A stretch of 64,000 bases of DNA from Octopus bimaculoides (GCF_001194135.2 NC_068991.1:12967445-13031444), one strand, 5' to 3'; positions 1-12,854 are shown, numbered from the stretch's first letter. Numbers and translations: made by a program. Notes: generated from the letters alone by a model not told the origin.

Positions 1-321
1 CCTGCTCGTGAAATTAACATGCAAGTGGCTGAGCACTCCACAGACACGTGTACCCTTAACGTAGTTCTCGGGGAGATTCAGTGTGACACAGTGTGACAAG
101 GCTGACCCTTTGAAATAGAGGCACAACAGAAACAGGAAGTAAGAGTGAGAGAAAGTTGTGGTGAAAGTGTACAGCAGGATTCGCCACCATCTCCTGCCGG
201 AACCTTGTGGAGCTTTAGGTGTTTTTGCTCAACAAACACTCGCAACGCCCGGTCTGGGAATTGAAACCGCGATCCTATGACCACGAGTCCGCTGCTCTAA
301 CCACTGGGCCATTGCGCCTCC
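1..321 (-). mobile_element. tRNA-derived SINE family T (truncated by window start)
   Basis: Reverse complement of the ggaggcgcaatggcccagtggttag head; matches the copies at 9390 and 58817. Confidence 0.9.
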
Positions 322-1067
322 ACAATATAATTGTGCATAAAATATATAAAGTGCATTAAGTAATCATTGTTTTCCAATTTCCTCCACTTTTCAATGATTA
401 GCAGATGAGCAAACTATCTTTTGATACAGACACAACATGGGATAGGTTTTCAGGTTTCTTGGATAGAGTTTTCTGAAATAACTCAATAAGTTTACCATTA
501 ATTCCGTGAAATATTCATGGGTCCCACTAGCATGAAGGGCATCCAGCTGTAGAAACTCTGCCAAATCAGATTGGAGCCTCGCCAGTCCTCAATCAAATCG
601 TCCAACCCATGCTAGCATGGAAAGCGAACGTTAAACGATGATGATGATTGATCATGTTTCAGAATTCAGAAGTTAAGTGTTGTAATAGTTGTGTCTATAG
701 AGGAAGTGCCTGAGGACTCTAACCCCACAGCTCTCCTGAGAATAGTGGTGAACATGGATGGATATTTCTAGCATTTGTCCATATTAGTGATAACTGGCGC
801 AAGTCCACCAACTTTTTGGAGGCAACTGGAATAGGGAACTGTCAATTGATTTGATTTTCATAGTTAAGTGAACCCAGGAAGGTTATAGACAAAGTTTACC
901 TTGGTGGGATTTGAACTCACAGTGTAAATGGATGGAAATATTTCATAGCATTTTGCTTGACAATAATAATGATGATTTTTTTGCATTTGCCAAAAAGGCA
1001 ACAGATCGAGGGGATAGATATGTTACTCGGACAAATTATAAGAAAAGGTGAGGGGCTATGCAGAATT

Positions 1068-1634
1068 GGGATCTTTTTTAAAACGGGGGCCACATTTTTC
1101 ATTAACGAAACACTTTGAAACTTGGAACACTGGTAGAATGTGTCATATAAAACATCTTTTTCTCTTAGTCTTCTTAAAAAAAAAAAGAAATCCATAAATT
1201 ATTCCATGTTAAAGTTGTCGTATTTCTGTAATTTCAACCAATCACTGACGTCCATTCAGCCGATATACATTAAGTGCCGACTACATAAACAAACGATTCT
1301 GAAACAATTAACTCTAACCGTAGGGTTAGGGTTAAGGTTAAAGCAAATTTAAAATGAAAAAAGCAAAAATAAAACGAAGGTATGGAGATTAAATACGCTT
1401 TACATCGCTTAATGAGCCAAAGGAGTAAATATAAACAACTGAATACTTGTCAGTGATTGGTTGAAATTATCGATATAAGACAATTTTTTACATGAAATAA
1501 ATTCGAATACAAAAATATTTTTCTGTTCTATAACACAAAATAGATAAGTATACGAAGTTTGAAAGTCTTTCGGTACCAAAAACACTACGTAAAACATTAA
1601 TGAAAAATGTGGCCCCCGTTTTAAAAAAGATCCC
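1068..1634. mobile_element. Non-autonomous DNA transposon (MITE) with 38-bp GGGATC-ended TIRs
   Basis: Perfect TIRs 1068-1105 / 1597-1634; agaatt flanks both ends (1062-1067, 1635-1640); internal 20-bp inverted repeat 1230-1249 / 1449-1468. Confidence 0.9.
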
Positions 1635-1802
1635 AGAATTGATTATATAAAAGGCAAGTATGAAATCAGGTGTTTCATACAGATTACAGCCACTTATGGT
1701 CAGTCAAGGAGCCCCACAGATCCAGGATTATTCTGACTATCAATTGCCCATTCCAAGCTAAAAACAGCAACTACAATAATGATAGTTACTTCTAATCTAG
1801 GG

Positions 1803-2070
1803 CAGGGGTTTTCAAACTTTTTGACTTGCGGACCCCTTTATATTTCAGGCTTTACCTTATAAACGCTTTTGAAATTTATACATAAATATTTACTTAAAAT
1901 AACATATATTTTTACATTTATTTATTTAACAGTATTTAACAAATAGGTTTATAGTCAATTAAAAGATTTCGATTAAAAAAACATATATAAAATCAAATTG
2001 CCCATAAAAAGTATTTGCTGTCCACGGACCCCCTGTCTTGTCCTTGCGGACCACAGTTTGAAAACCCCTG
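1803..2070. mobile_element. hAT (Charlie-type) MITE
   Basis: TIR caggggttttcaaact / agtttgaaaacccctg; 8-bp TSD atctaggg (1795-1802, 2071-2078). Confidence 0.9.
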
Positions 2071-2630
2071 ATCTAGGGTACAAGACCAGTAATTTTGTGG
2101 AAGTGGGTGTGAGTTGATGATATTGACCTCAGCACTTGAATTGTACTCTTATTTTACTGACCCTTTGAAGGATGAAAAGCAAAGCTGACCTAAGCAGGAT
2201 TTGAACTGAGAATGTAAAGAGCTAGTACCACCACCACAACAACAACAACAGCAGTAACAACGAGAATAATGTTAATAAAGTACTATCAATTATCAAGGCA
2301 TGAAAGAACAACTAGTCATCTGACAGATCCAGTTGCATTTTGTAGATTAATAACTGAATGAAATATAATGCAAGAGCTACCATCTTGTCATGCATTTTCT
2401 CTTGAGATTATATCTTAAAAAAAGATTCTTGTTATCAGAATAGCTTGCTATTTCACCAAGGATAGTGTAAAGATATGGAAAACAGCATCAGAATTGCTGT
2501 TTTTCTTCAACACTATCTGAATCCTAAACCTTCAATCACACAGATACCATGTTTTCTTAACATTTGTGAGTAAAAGTTTGCCAAAATTTCTACATGTTTA
2601 CATATCTTTATATTTGTGTGTGTGCACTGC

Positions 2631-2692
<62 letters not shown>

Positions 2693-2941
2693 ACTTCCAT
2701 TGGCAGTTAATTTTCATTCTGTAAAGTGTTTTGTTTATAATGCCAGTTACAAATACTTTGAATTTTACGCTGTGCTGTATTGTAGTATTTTCCACAGATA
2801 TAGCCAGTGCTAGGATAATAATTAGTTATCTTGTATCAAAAGATTGGTCTACGAGGATGCATGGCCTAACGGTTAGGATGTTGCATTCAAGATCGCAAGA
2901 TTGTGGTTTCAATTTCTAGACCGGATGGTGCATTATGTTCT

Positions 2942-3174
2942 TATTTCTTTATTGCCCACAAAGGGCTAAACATAGAGGGGACAAACAAGGACAGACAAAG
3001 GGATTAAGTCAATTACATCGACCCCAGTGCATAACTGGCACTTAATTTATCGACCCCGAAAGGATGAAAGGCAAAGTCGACCTCGGCGGAATTTGAACTC
3101 AGAACGTAATGGCAGACAAAATACCGCTAAACATTTCGCCCGGCGTGCTAACATTTCTGCCAGCTCGCCGCCTT
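2942..3174 (-). mobile_element. SINE family B (ggcggcgagctggcagaaacgttagc head; gaggtcgactttgcctttcatcctttcggggtcga core)
   Basis: Similarity to the copy at 12451-12681. Confidence 0.88.
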
Positions 3175-3381
3175 ATGTGCTTAAACCAAAATACTTCATC
3201 TCGTGTTGCTCTGTGATCTCTTCAACACCGGACACGTGGTACACTGTGCACCTGTTCAGGTAGCACCGATTTGATGGAGGGAGTGAGTTAATGTACAGCA
3301 TATATATTTGATCATTATAAACAAATCATTTAGCAAAAGCTGAACACTCAAATAGAGAGTCTATCATATGAGTGTCTACAT

Positions 3382-3576
3382 TGGTGGTTCTCAGCCATAG
3401 CTTCTGGGGCCACATGTGACCCTCAAGCATCCTTCTGGCAGCCCTCGATAGTCTTCCTTATATAAATATAATAAATTTTCTTCATTTGACATGTGTTTTA
3501 CTTTCTTTTGGTGCAGACCCCTCCAAAATCCAGGTTTGGGATTTGGCTCGGTTATTAAAAAGGTTGAGAACCCCTA
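3382..3576. mobile_element. hAT MITE, degenerate
   Basis: Ends tggtggttctcagcc / ggttgagaaccccta; 8-bp TSD gtctacat (3374-3381, 3577-3584). Confidence 0.8.
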
Positions 3577-3756
3577 GTCTACATAATTGATGGATCAGCT
3601 AGAAATAACAGCCAAATTTCACTTTAATCTTACCCTATCAATTTTAAGAAAGAGGAAGTGCACATTGTATAATACACACACATACATATATATATGTATA
3701 CACACACATACATATATATACATATACACACACATACATATATATATATACATATA

Positions 3757-4051
3757 CTCTCTCTCTATTTTACTTGTTTCAGTCATTTGACTGCGGCCAT
3801 GCTGGAGCACTGCCTTTAGTCGAGCAAATTGNNNNNNNNNNNNNNNNNNNNNNNNNNNNNNNNNNNNNNNNNNNNNNNNNNNNNNNNNNNNNNNNNNNNN
3901 NNNNNNNNNNNNNNNNNNNNNNNNNNNNNNNNNNNNNNNNNNNNNNNNNNNNNNNNNNNNNNNNNNNNNNNNNNNNNNNNNNNNNNNNNNNNNNNNNNNN
4001 NNNNNNNNNNNNNNNNNNNNNNNNNNNNNNNNNNNNNNNNNNNNNNNNNNA

Positions 4052-4113
<62 letters not shown>

Positions 4114-4270
4114 ACTCACATATACGACAGGCTTTTTCAGTTTCCGTCTACCACATCCACTCACAAGGCTTGTGGAAGACACTTGCCCAAGATGCCACGC
4201 AGTGGGACTGAACCTAGAACCATGTGGTTGGTAAGCAAGCTACTTACCACACAGCCACTCCTGCGCCTAT
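3757..4270 (-). mobile_element. SINE family A (head ggcgcaggagtggctgtgtggtaag, internal microsatellite, (gagtaaaa)n tail)
   Basis: Both halves match other copies; N gap lies inside the internal microsatellite. Confidence 0.85.
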
Positions 4271-5611
4271 GTGTACTTTCTTTCAAATTCAGATAATGAT
4301 GAAAATAATACTCTTCAAGAAACTTTGATTATCGGTACCAATATATTTTCTTTTAAAATAATTAAGTTCACAAAACTGGATTGATTGGTGTTTCTGTAAG
4401 AAGAGAGAGCTCTAGCATTTTATGCAGGATGGTTAGTCAGAGAAGAAATTTCTGTAACAAAAACCTCTGCCCTGAACAATATTCTTTTTTTATTCAACTG
4501 ACTTTAGTTGTTGCTGATCACTACTAATTGTTTGGCCCTAGTTCAACCTTAAGCAAACCTGTGGTAAAATGTATTCAGCCTTTTTATTCAGTCTTTAAGA
4601 GTATCTAAAACTATACTGTCCTGGGCAAGACAAACAACATCCAATGTCAGGGCTTATGCTCAGGTACCCAGGTAGTCTGTGGAGTGTGGAGTTATTCCTT
4701 AATCACCATTTCTCTCAGGTGCACTTTGGTTCAGGGTGGTTGTATATGCATCCTTGTTTAAGACTGTGGTGGGGGGGGGGTGATCTGAAGGAGATTTGGT
4801 TGCTATTTCTAGCATATCAAGTGACCACATAGAGGCTCTCTAGTTGGCTCGTTGTGGTTTGAAGCAAATATTTAAACAACTACTTGTTACCTACATTGAG
4901 TGTTTGCTTTTTTCTTCAATAGTTAAATACTTCATAGTTAGATTCCCAACTTAGTACAATATTCAATAGTTAAAACATTTGTTGATCAAGTCTATTGGTA
5001 TGAAGACTTTCTTCAGATTTTGAATAGTTAATGAAGCATCTGGTAAAGTTTTTATTTTTTCGTATTTTATTTGTTATTTAACCCCAGGTTGGCTCTGGTT
5101 GAGCTGACATGGTCAAAGGCATTCCAGTCATGACCATCATGTCTTTTTTGTGTGTGTGCATTTAGGACTACATAGCTGGTAGAATGTGGTTTGAAGGAGA
5201 TTCAGCTGCTATTTCATGCAGGTCAAGCAATCATGTGGAGATTCACTCATTGGCTTTATATTTTTGAAATTTAATTTTGCCTGTGCCACATAAAAAGCAC
5301 TGGTGATGGTGCCACATAAAAAGTACTCAATACACTCTGTAAGGTGGTTGGCACTAAGAAGAGCATCCAGCTGCAGAAACTAAGTGAAAACAAACCATGG
5401 AACCTGATGCAGCCCTTGGCCTTGCCAGCGCCTGCGAACCTGTCCAACCCATGCCAGCATGAAAAACAGATTTCAAATGATTATTTGTATTTATTTCACT
5501 TCCTTACAACATTTAACCCTTCAGGATTCAGCTTACTCTGTCAATTGTAATGCTTATTTATTACCTCCACCTTCGCTGAGGTGGAGGTATTGTTTTCAGT
5601 TGTGTTTGCTT

Positions 5612-5944
5612 GTTTGCATATCGACCTCAGGACTTATTCTCTGTAAGCCTAGTACTTATTCTATCGGTCTCTTTTGCCGAACCGCTAAGTTACGGGGGAC
5701 GTAAACACACCAGCATCGGTTGTCAAGCGATGTTGTGGGGATAAACACACACACACACATATATATACATATACATATATACGACGGGCTTCTTTCAGTT
5801 TCTGTCTACCAAATCCACTCACAAGGCTTTGGTTGGCCCGAGGCTATAGTAGAAGACACTTGCCCAAGGTGCCACACAGTGGGACTGAACCCGGAACCAT
5901 GTGGATGGTAAGCAAGCTACTTACCACACAGCCACTCCTGTGCC
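5612..5944 (-). mobile_element. SINE family A
   Basis: Similarity to other copies. Confidence 0.85.
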
Positions 5945-6636
5945 TTTATTTTATTATTTTAAAAACCCTAAAATGGTGAGCGGACAGAATTGTTAGTACA
6001 CTGGGTAAAATGCTTAGTAGCATTTTGTCCATCTTTACGTTCTAAGTTCAAATTCCACCGAGGTTGACTTTGTCTTTCATTCTTTTAGTGTTAATGAAAT
6101 AAGTATCAATTATGCACTGGGGGTCAATGTATTCAACTTGCCCTCTCCCCCAAAGTTTCAGGCCTTGTGCTTATAGTAGAAAGGATTATCTTATAAAACC
6201 CCGAAATGATAACATGCAAAGTTATTTGAATAGAAGGATTTGAACTCAGAATGTAAAGAGCCAGAAAAAAACACTTCTAAGCATTTCTTTCAAACCTAGG
6301 CCAGAAATTTTCCCGTACTAGATGCAAGTAGCCCTGCAGATCCTTCTGCATGAGCATGTTCTGCCCCACCACATTGTCCCCTAGCATGAAGCTGATCTCA
6401 CCTCACAACCTCCAGGATTCATAAATAACCATGTGAGCTGCTGATGACCTCAATGATAATAATAATGATAATATGGTAATAATACTATTTTTAAAATCTA
6501 CTTTTTGTAAATGAACAACTCAGCTGTTAAGTCAAAAGACAGAGGAAAAATGTAGGTTGAAGTGGATAACTTTATAAGAAGGATATAGAATAGCATTTAA
6601 TGCAATATAATCTTTCTTACCATCAGCAGCAGCAGT

Positions 6637-6982
6637 GGGTTCAGTCCCACTGCGTGGCCCCTTGGGCAAGTGTCTTCTACTATAGCCTCGGGCTGACCAA
6701 AGCCTTGTGAGTGGATTTGGTAGACGGAAACTGAAAGAAGCCCATCGTATATATGTATATATATATATATGTGTGTGTGTGTCTGTTTGTTCCCCCAGCA
6801 TCACTTGACAACTGATGCTGGTGTGTTTACATCCCCGTAACTTAGCGGTTCGGCAAAACAGATCGATAGAATAAGTACTAGGCTTACAACGAATAAGTTC
6901 TGGGGTCGATTTGCTCGACTAAAGTTGGTGCTCCAGCATGGCCACAGTCAAATGACAGAAACAAGTAAAAGAGTAAAAGAGT
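6637..6982 (+). mobile_element. SINE family A (5'-truncated)
   Basis: Similarity; aaaagagt tail. Confidence 0.85.
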
Positions 6983-7032
6983 ATCACCTCTGTTTTTTTC
7001 CTTGCTAGCATGGGTTGAACATGTTCTACTGT

Positions 7033-7283
7033 TCTATATTTAAGAGATGAGGAATTTTGTACATTATTTACATTTGATGGATATTTGTCCTCATCTTGTT
7101 TGTTGTTAACATGACGTTTTGGCTGACATAATCTCCAGCCTTCATCGTGTGTCTTGGGGAAATCTTAAACCTGGGTTTGAAATTTCCCTGAGGCACCTCA
7201 CGAAGGCTGGAAGGTATATCAGCTGAAACGTGTTAACAACAAACAAGATGAGGACAAATATCCCTCAAATGTAAATAATGTAA
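7033..7283. mobile_element. Fold-back mini-element (PLE-end-like) with two mutated hammerhead motifs
   Basis: Long imperfect inverted arms spanning 7060-7282; 12-bp direct repeat atgttctactgt at 7021-7032 and 7284-7295. Confidence 0.75.
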
Positions 7284-7334
7284 ATGTTCTACTGTGTCTT
7301 CCTTTTGTTGTAGTCTTTAATCATCTGGTTAAGA

Positions 7335-7760
7335 AACATGGCTCAGTAGTTAGAGCGTCAGGCAGTGAGTTCGATTCCTGGTTAGAGCATGAGGCAGTGA
7401 GTTCGATTCCTGGACCGGGCTGTGTGTTGTGTTCTTGAGTAAGACACTTTATTTCATGTTACTCCANNNNNNNNNNTTCCTGGACCGGGCTGTGTGTTGT
7501 GTTCTTGAGTAAGACACTTTATTTCATGTTACTCCAGTTCACTCAGCTGTAGAAATGAGTTGCAACATTACTGGTGCCAAGCTGTATCGGCCTTTACTTC
7601 TGCCTTGGCCAACATTGGAAACATGGGGAGAGAAGGCCGGTAAGCAAGGGCAACTGCTGGTCTTCCATAAAAACAACCTTGCTTGGACTTGTGCCTTTGA
7701 GGGAAACTTTCTAGGTGCAATCCCATGGTTAGTCATGACTGAAGGGGGTTCTTTACCCTT
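7335..7760 (+). mobile_element. tRNA-derived SINE family M
   Basis: ggctcagtagttagagcg...gagttcgattcc head; matching inverted copy at 62437-62762. Confidence 0.8.
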
Positions 7761-8350
7761 ATCATCTGGTACACAATAGCAGGAAAAGTGATTAACTTTG
7801 TTGTGCATGTCACGTTGGCATGGTTACAGATAAAGTTCGATGCCTGTCCTAACACTTGACACTTGTTTTTCTAGTAAGGTCTCTACTCCACAACTTTTCA
7901 CAAACCATTGAACTGTCAATCTTTTTATATAGGGCATAAGCATTGTTACACACTACCTTAGTCATGTCAATATAAAGGCATGCAGGTACACACACACACA
8001 TGTGCACGTTCTTGACAAGTCCCCCATACAGTTTCTGTCTACCAAATTTCACTCAAGACATTGATTGTGCTGAGGCTATCCTAGAAGTTATTCATGGTTG
8101 TCATGAATCCGAAACCACATGGTTGTGAAGCAAACTTCTTGGCTGTACAAGTCACGCCTGCTACTGCATGCATGCATGTACACGCACACACAAAGAAAAA
8201 TAGAACAAACAAAATCTGAGAAAGCCATTGTTAGAAAAAGAAAGTGCTGACAAATGTATTTAATCCAATCTTTTTTTTCTTCTACGCTTGCATAGGTGTA
8301 TGTATGGCTTATTTGTTTTAAGAAACCACTGAACTAGGAAATAGTAACAA

Positions 8351-8722
8351 TCATCATCATCATCGTTTAACGTCCGCTTTCCATGCTAGCATGGGTTGGA
8401 CGATTTGACTGAGGACTGGTGAAACCAGATGGCTACACCAGGCTCCAATCTGATTTGGCAGAGTTTCTACAGCTGGATGCCCGTCCTAACGCCAACCACT
8501 CCGAGAGTGTAGTGGGTGCTTTTACATGCCACCGGCATGAAGGCCAGTCAGGCGGCACTTTCAACGGCCACGCTCAAAATGGTGTATTTTATGTGCCACC
8601 CGCACAAGAGCCAGTCCAGTGGCACTGGCAACGATCTCGCTCTCGCTCGAAAGTCCTTACACATGCCACGGGCACAAGTACCAGAAAGGCGACGCTGGAC
8701 ACAGGTGTCATCACGATTTCGC
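8351..8722 (-). mobile_element. Retroposon family R ((gat)n tail, RTE-like 3' end, internal ~70-bp repeats)
   Basis: catcatcatcgtttaacgtccgctttccatgctagcatggg end; explains track ORFs 8419..8778 and 8516..8728. Confidence 0.85.
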
Positions 8723-9389
8723 TTCTAGTTTTTATTCAGTCAAAGTCTGAACTTATGACTAAGTGTTCAATAGTCTAGTATCCATTGCACCTCATAGCCA
8801 CTGTATTTTAGGCGGGAGTGTGGGGGAACTTTCTGAATAAATCAATCTTAGTTTGTTTACGGCATACTGAAATAACTGGACAGAGAAAAATTAGTCTGGA
8901 GAAAGTAGTGATGGTTTTTTTTGGGTTTTTTTTTGTGTTGGCAAACAACAGTCAATAATTGTCTAAGATAAATTTTAATATTGATCTTTAATATCGATTC
9001 CTGATCAACTAGGCTTTTCATGTTTTCTTGTTTTCTTGAAGCCAATAAAGTAAGTACCTATCAAGTACTGAGGTCGATATAATCAACTGTACTTTTGAAT
9101 TTGTGTGCTGCCCCAGCTTGGCTGCAGCCAAATAATTAATTTTAATTTTCTATGGCTTATATTTTTTTTGTGAGTGCACTGTTGCACTTCAAAAAGAAAT
9201 TAAAAAAAAGATGGTAAGAGACATGGGCACTGGGTGTGTGGAGGCTGGAAAATGAGGTGAATCTGCTCCACTGGATGTGTAATAAGCGATGGAGTGAAGG
9301 AAAAACTGGGCATTAAAGAAATAAGTATACTAGAGAAAACACTTGTGTTGGCATGGGCATGTAATGCACATGAAGAGCGATAGTTGAGT

Positions 9390-9760
9390 TGTTGGCACTC
9401 CGTCGCTTAGGACGTCGAGGGTTCCAGTTGATCCGATCAACGGAACAGCCTGCTCGTGAAATTAACGAGCAAGTGGCTGAGCACTCCACAGACACGTGTA
9501 CCCTTAACGTAGCTCTTGGGGGATATTCAGCGTGACACAGAGTGTGACAAGGCTGACCCTTTGAATTACAGGCACAACAGAAACTCAGGAAGAAAGAGTG
9601 ATAGAAAGTTGTGGTGAAAGAGTACAGCAGGGTTCGCCACCATCCCCTGCCAGAGCCTCGTGGGGCTTTTAGGTGTTTTCGCTCAATAAACACACACAAC
9701 ACCCGGTCTGGGAATCGAAGCCGCGAGTCCGCTGCCCTAACCACTGGGCCATTGCGCCTC
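9390..9760 (-). mobile_element. SINE family T, near full length
   Basis: 12-bp TSD cgatagttgagt (9378-9389, 9761-9772); tail (aac)n. Confidence 0.92.
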
Positions 9761-9995
9761 CGATAGTTGAGTAGATAAGTATCAAACAATACAAGTGGAA
9801 GGAGTCTACAGAAAAAGAATCTGAAGTTAATGTGGGAAGAAGAGGCGAGGTCTGGCCTTAGGATGCTGGACAGAAATGAGGATGAGGGACCCCAACAAGT
9901 GCAAAATACCCATCTAACCCATTCCAGCATGGAAAAGTGTGCTTAAAATAGTTGTGTCGATAAAAGAATAATCAGTAAATTTATTTATTCTTTTA

Positions 9996-10209
9996 TTGTT
10001 TTACTTGTTTCAGTCATTTGACTGTGGCCATGCTGGAGCACCGCCTTTAGTCAAGCAAATTGACCCCAGGACTTATTCTGTGGAAGCCTAGTACTTATTC
10101 TATCGATCTCTTTTGCCAAACCGCTAAGTTTCGGAACCGTAAACACATCAGCATCGGTTGTCAAGTGATGTTGGGGAGGACAAACACAGACACACAAACA
10201 CGTACATAG

Positions 10210-10240
<31 letters not shown>

Positions 10241-10398
10241 CGATGGGTTTCTTTCAGTTTCCGTCTACCAAATCCACTCACAAGGCTTTGGTCGGCCCGA
10301 GGCTATAGAAGAAGACACTTGCCCAAGGTGCCACGCAATGGGACTGAACCTGGAACCATGTGGTTTGTAAGCAAACTACTTACCACACAGCCACTCCT
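9996..10398 (-). mobile_element. SINE family A
   Basis: Similarity to other copies. Confidence 0.88.
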
Positions 10399-11462
10399 AC
10401 ATTTTGTTAAAAAAATGATTAAAAAATATCTCTTAAGTTGGAAAAAATTATGGTCCTCATATTTCTTGGAGTGGTGTTAGTAATATGTTTGGTACTATAC
10501 ATATAGACTCCCAGCTACTTTTTAAAGATATGATTTCTGAATTATTATCATTAATTTTACACTTGTTATAAAAATAGCCAAAAAAATACAATATCTGAGT
10601 TATAACTGCAGTGTTGAAAATTGGTATTTGTAATAATAACTGTCTAATATTTAGAAAACCAAATATATCAATCTAGTATTTAACCATATTGGCAGCACCA
10701 TATGTCTTGGATAGTTTACTGTTAGTTTTCTCTTATCTTACTTGTGTTCAGCGTATTTTGATTTATGAATCTTATATTCTTTCTCAAAAGTTAATACTAT
10801 GGAGCATCTGCTCTGCATACTAATTTTAGTTGGTAAGCAATTGGATATATAAATCAGTGCATGGGTGTGCTTTTAACAGTGTTTCTGGAATGTTTATGAA
10901 TAGTTTGGTTCTGTTGGGTGGTTGTTTTTACTGTTTAGAGACTCCCCCACTTCCTTGATCATCTCTCATTGACTTATATATATATAAAAAAAAAAAAAGG
11001 AATTCCTGCCATCACCCGTCACATTTTTTTTAAGGGCATGTAGTATCTATATGAGAGGGATTTATTATTTTTTCTCACTGGTCAGGCAACCATGTAAAGG
11101 TTCCATTGTTCTTTCGTCAGTTGCATTTAATGTATCTAGNNNNNNNNNNNNNNNNNNNNNNNNNNNNNNNNNNNNNNNNNNNNNNNNNNNNNNNNNNNNN
11201 NNNNNNNNNNNNNNNNNNNNNNNNNNNNNNNNNNNNNNNNNNNNNNNNNNNNNNNNNNNNNNNNNNNNNNNNNNNNNNNNNNNNNNNNNNNNNNNNNNNN
11301 NNNNNNNNNNNNNNNNNNNNNNNNNNNNNNNNNNNNNNNNNNNNNNNNNNNNNNNNNNNNNNNNNNNNNNNNNNNNNNNNNNNNNNNNNNNNNNNNNNNN
11401 NNNNNNNNNNNNNNNNNNNNNNNNNNNNNNNNNNNNNNNNNNNNNNNNNNNNNNNNNNNNNN

Positions 11463-11508
<46 letters not shown>

Positions 11509-11953
11509 ATCTGTTTATATATATAGCGTATGTTTTCAAATTGCATCTATTCATGAGGAACGTTAAACTGCGTCAATTTTACCTCTCTCAGGCGGATTTG
11601 CAGAAGCAGTGTACACAACACCTTCCTCCAGACACCCACCCAAAAGAAATACGGCTGTTGTTACTGACTATTTTTATTCCAATAGGCGTTTTTGCACTTA
11701 TTATTATGCAGTAACAGGTTTGGCCTACTTATAAAAGCTAGTTGCATGGCTGTCTGTCCTTCAGTGATTGTATTTGTTACTGCCGTTGGTTTAAATCTGC
11801 CCACACTGCACGAGACACTCATTTGGAGCAAATGTGGGTATTGTAGTAAGTACTCTCTGTTTTATAATTGTTACACTTAAACCATCAACTGTTTTGCTTT
11901 ATTTATGCAGAAACCATTATTAGATGTGTAAACATATGAAGTTCCTTAGTTTG

Positions 11954-11984
<31 letters not shown>

Positions 11985-12450
11985 TTTTAACTATTGCATT
12001 ATTAGAATTCTTTGTACTACATACAGTGCAAGTAGAATCAATACAGAGTGTCATTAGATATAATGCAGACTACATTGAAATATAAAATTCAGAAAACTTA
12101 GACACACAAACACACACACACACACACAAAATAATAATCTATGGAGAGTCACGTAATATGTAGACCGCTTGAAATATTAACTACTTCCTCTTAAGATTTT
12201 TAAGCAGTAGTCAGTATTTTGAGGGCAGATTTTCCTTAATACTAAATATCAAGTGTTTTTGAAGAGTAATGTTTTATTTAATCAAAGCATGTAAACTCCT
12301 TTCTACATGATGTTTTTTACGTCAGGCTGGTTAAGTAAGGGGTGGCGGTGTTGTCACTGACTCTAGCGTCTCAAGCCAAAGTGAGAGCCTCTTCTTGGTT
12401 GCTGGACATACTAGAGACAGTGACCAGAACTCTCTCTTGGACCATGTTCT

Positions 12451-12681
12451 TATTTCTTTATTGCCCACAAGGGGTTAAACATAGAGGGTACAAACAAGGA
12501 CAGACAAAGGGAGTAAGTTGATTGTATCTATCCCCAGTGCGTAACTGGTACTTAATTTATTGACCCCGAAAGGATGAAAGGCAAAGTCGACCTCGGCGGA
12601 ATTTGAACTCAGAACGTAGCGGCAGACGGAATACTGCTAAGCATTTCGCCCGGCGTGCTAACGTTTCTGCCAGCTCGCCAC
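12451..12681 (-). mobile_element. SINE family B, full length
   Basis: 15-bp TSD cttggaccatgttct (12436-12450, 12682-12696). Confidence 0.92.
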
Positions 12682-12854
12682 CTTGGACCATGTTCTGCCA
12701 TCTTAAAAACGGGAGGGACATATTGGTTAATGTAGCCCTAAGAAAAGGAAAAGGGTGTTAATGTAGCTGGACTGGTTTGATCATAGTTCTATTCAATCAG
12801 GGCTGACCTGGAGCTGAACAACAGTAAAACCACCCATCTGGGGCTTGGACACCG

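Noticed and set aside
1315-1341. Interstitial telomere
   Set aside because: Only 3-4 imperfect units, inside a MITE.
2476-2573. Possible exon MENSIRIAVFLQHYLNPKPSITQIPCFLNI ending at |gtgagt
   Set aside because: No recognisable homology or linked exons; consistent with chance.
4281-4322. Possible 42-nt exon DNDENNTLQETLII
   Set aside because: Weak donor (gtacca) and no partner exons.
5720-5911. Recurrent ORFs such as MSSDVG...DGLLSVSVYQIHSQGFGRPEAIVEDTCPRCHAVGLNPEPCGW
   Set aside because: These are translations of SINE family A, found in many copies on both strands.
7406-7537. ~60-bp direct duplication across the 10-N gap
   Set aside because: Identical sequence on both sides of a nominal gap is a typical unmerged contig overlap, not a biological repeat.
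9313-9930. 205-aa minus-strand ORF
   Set aside because: Mostly a family T SINE.
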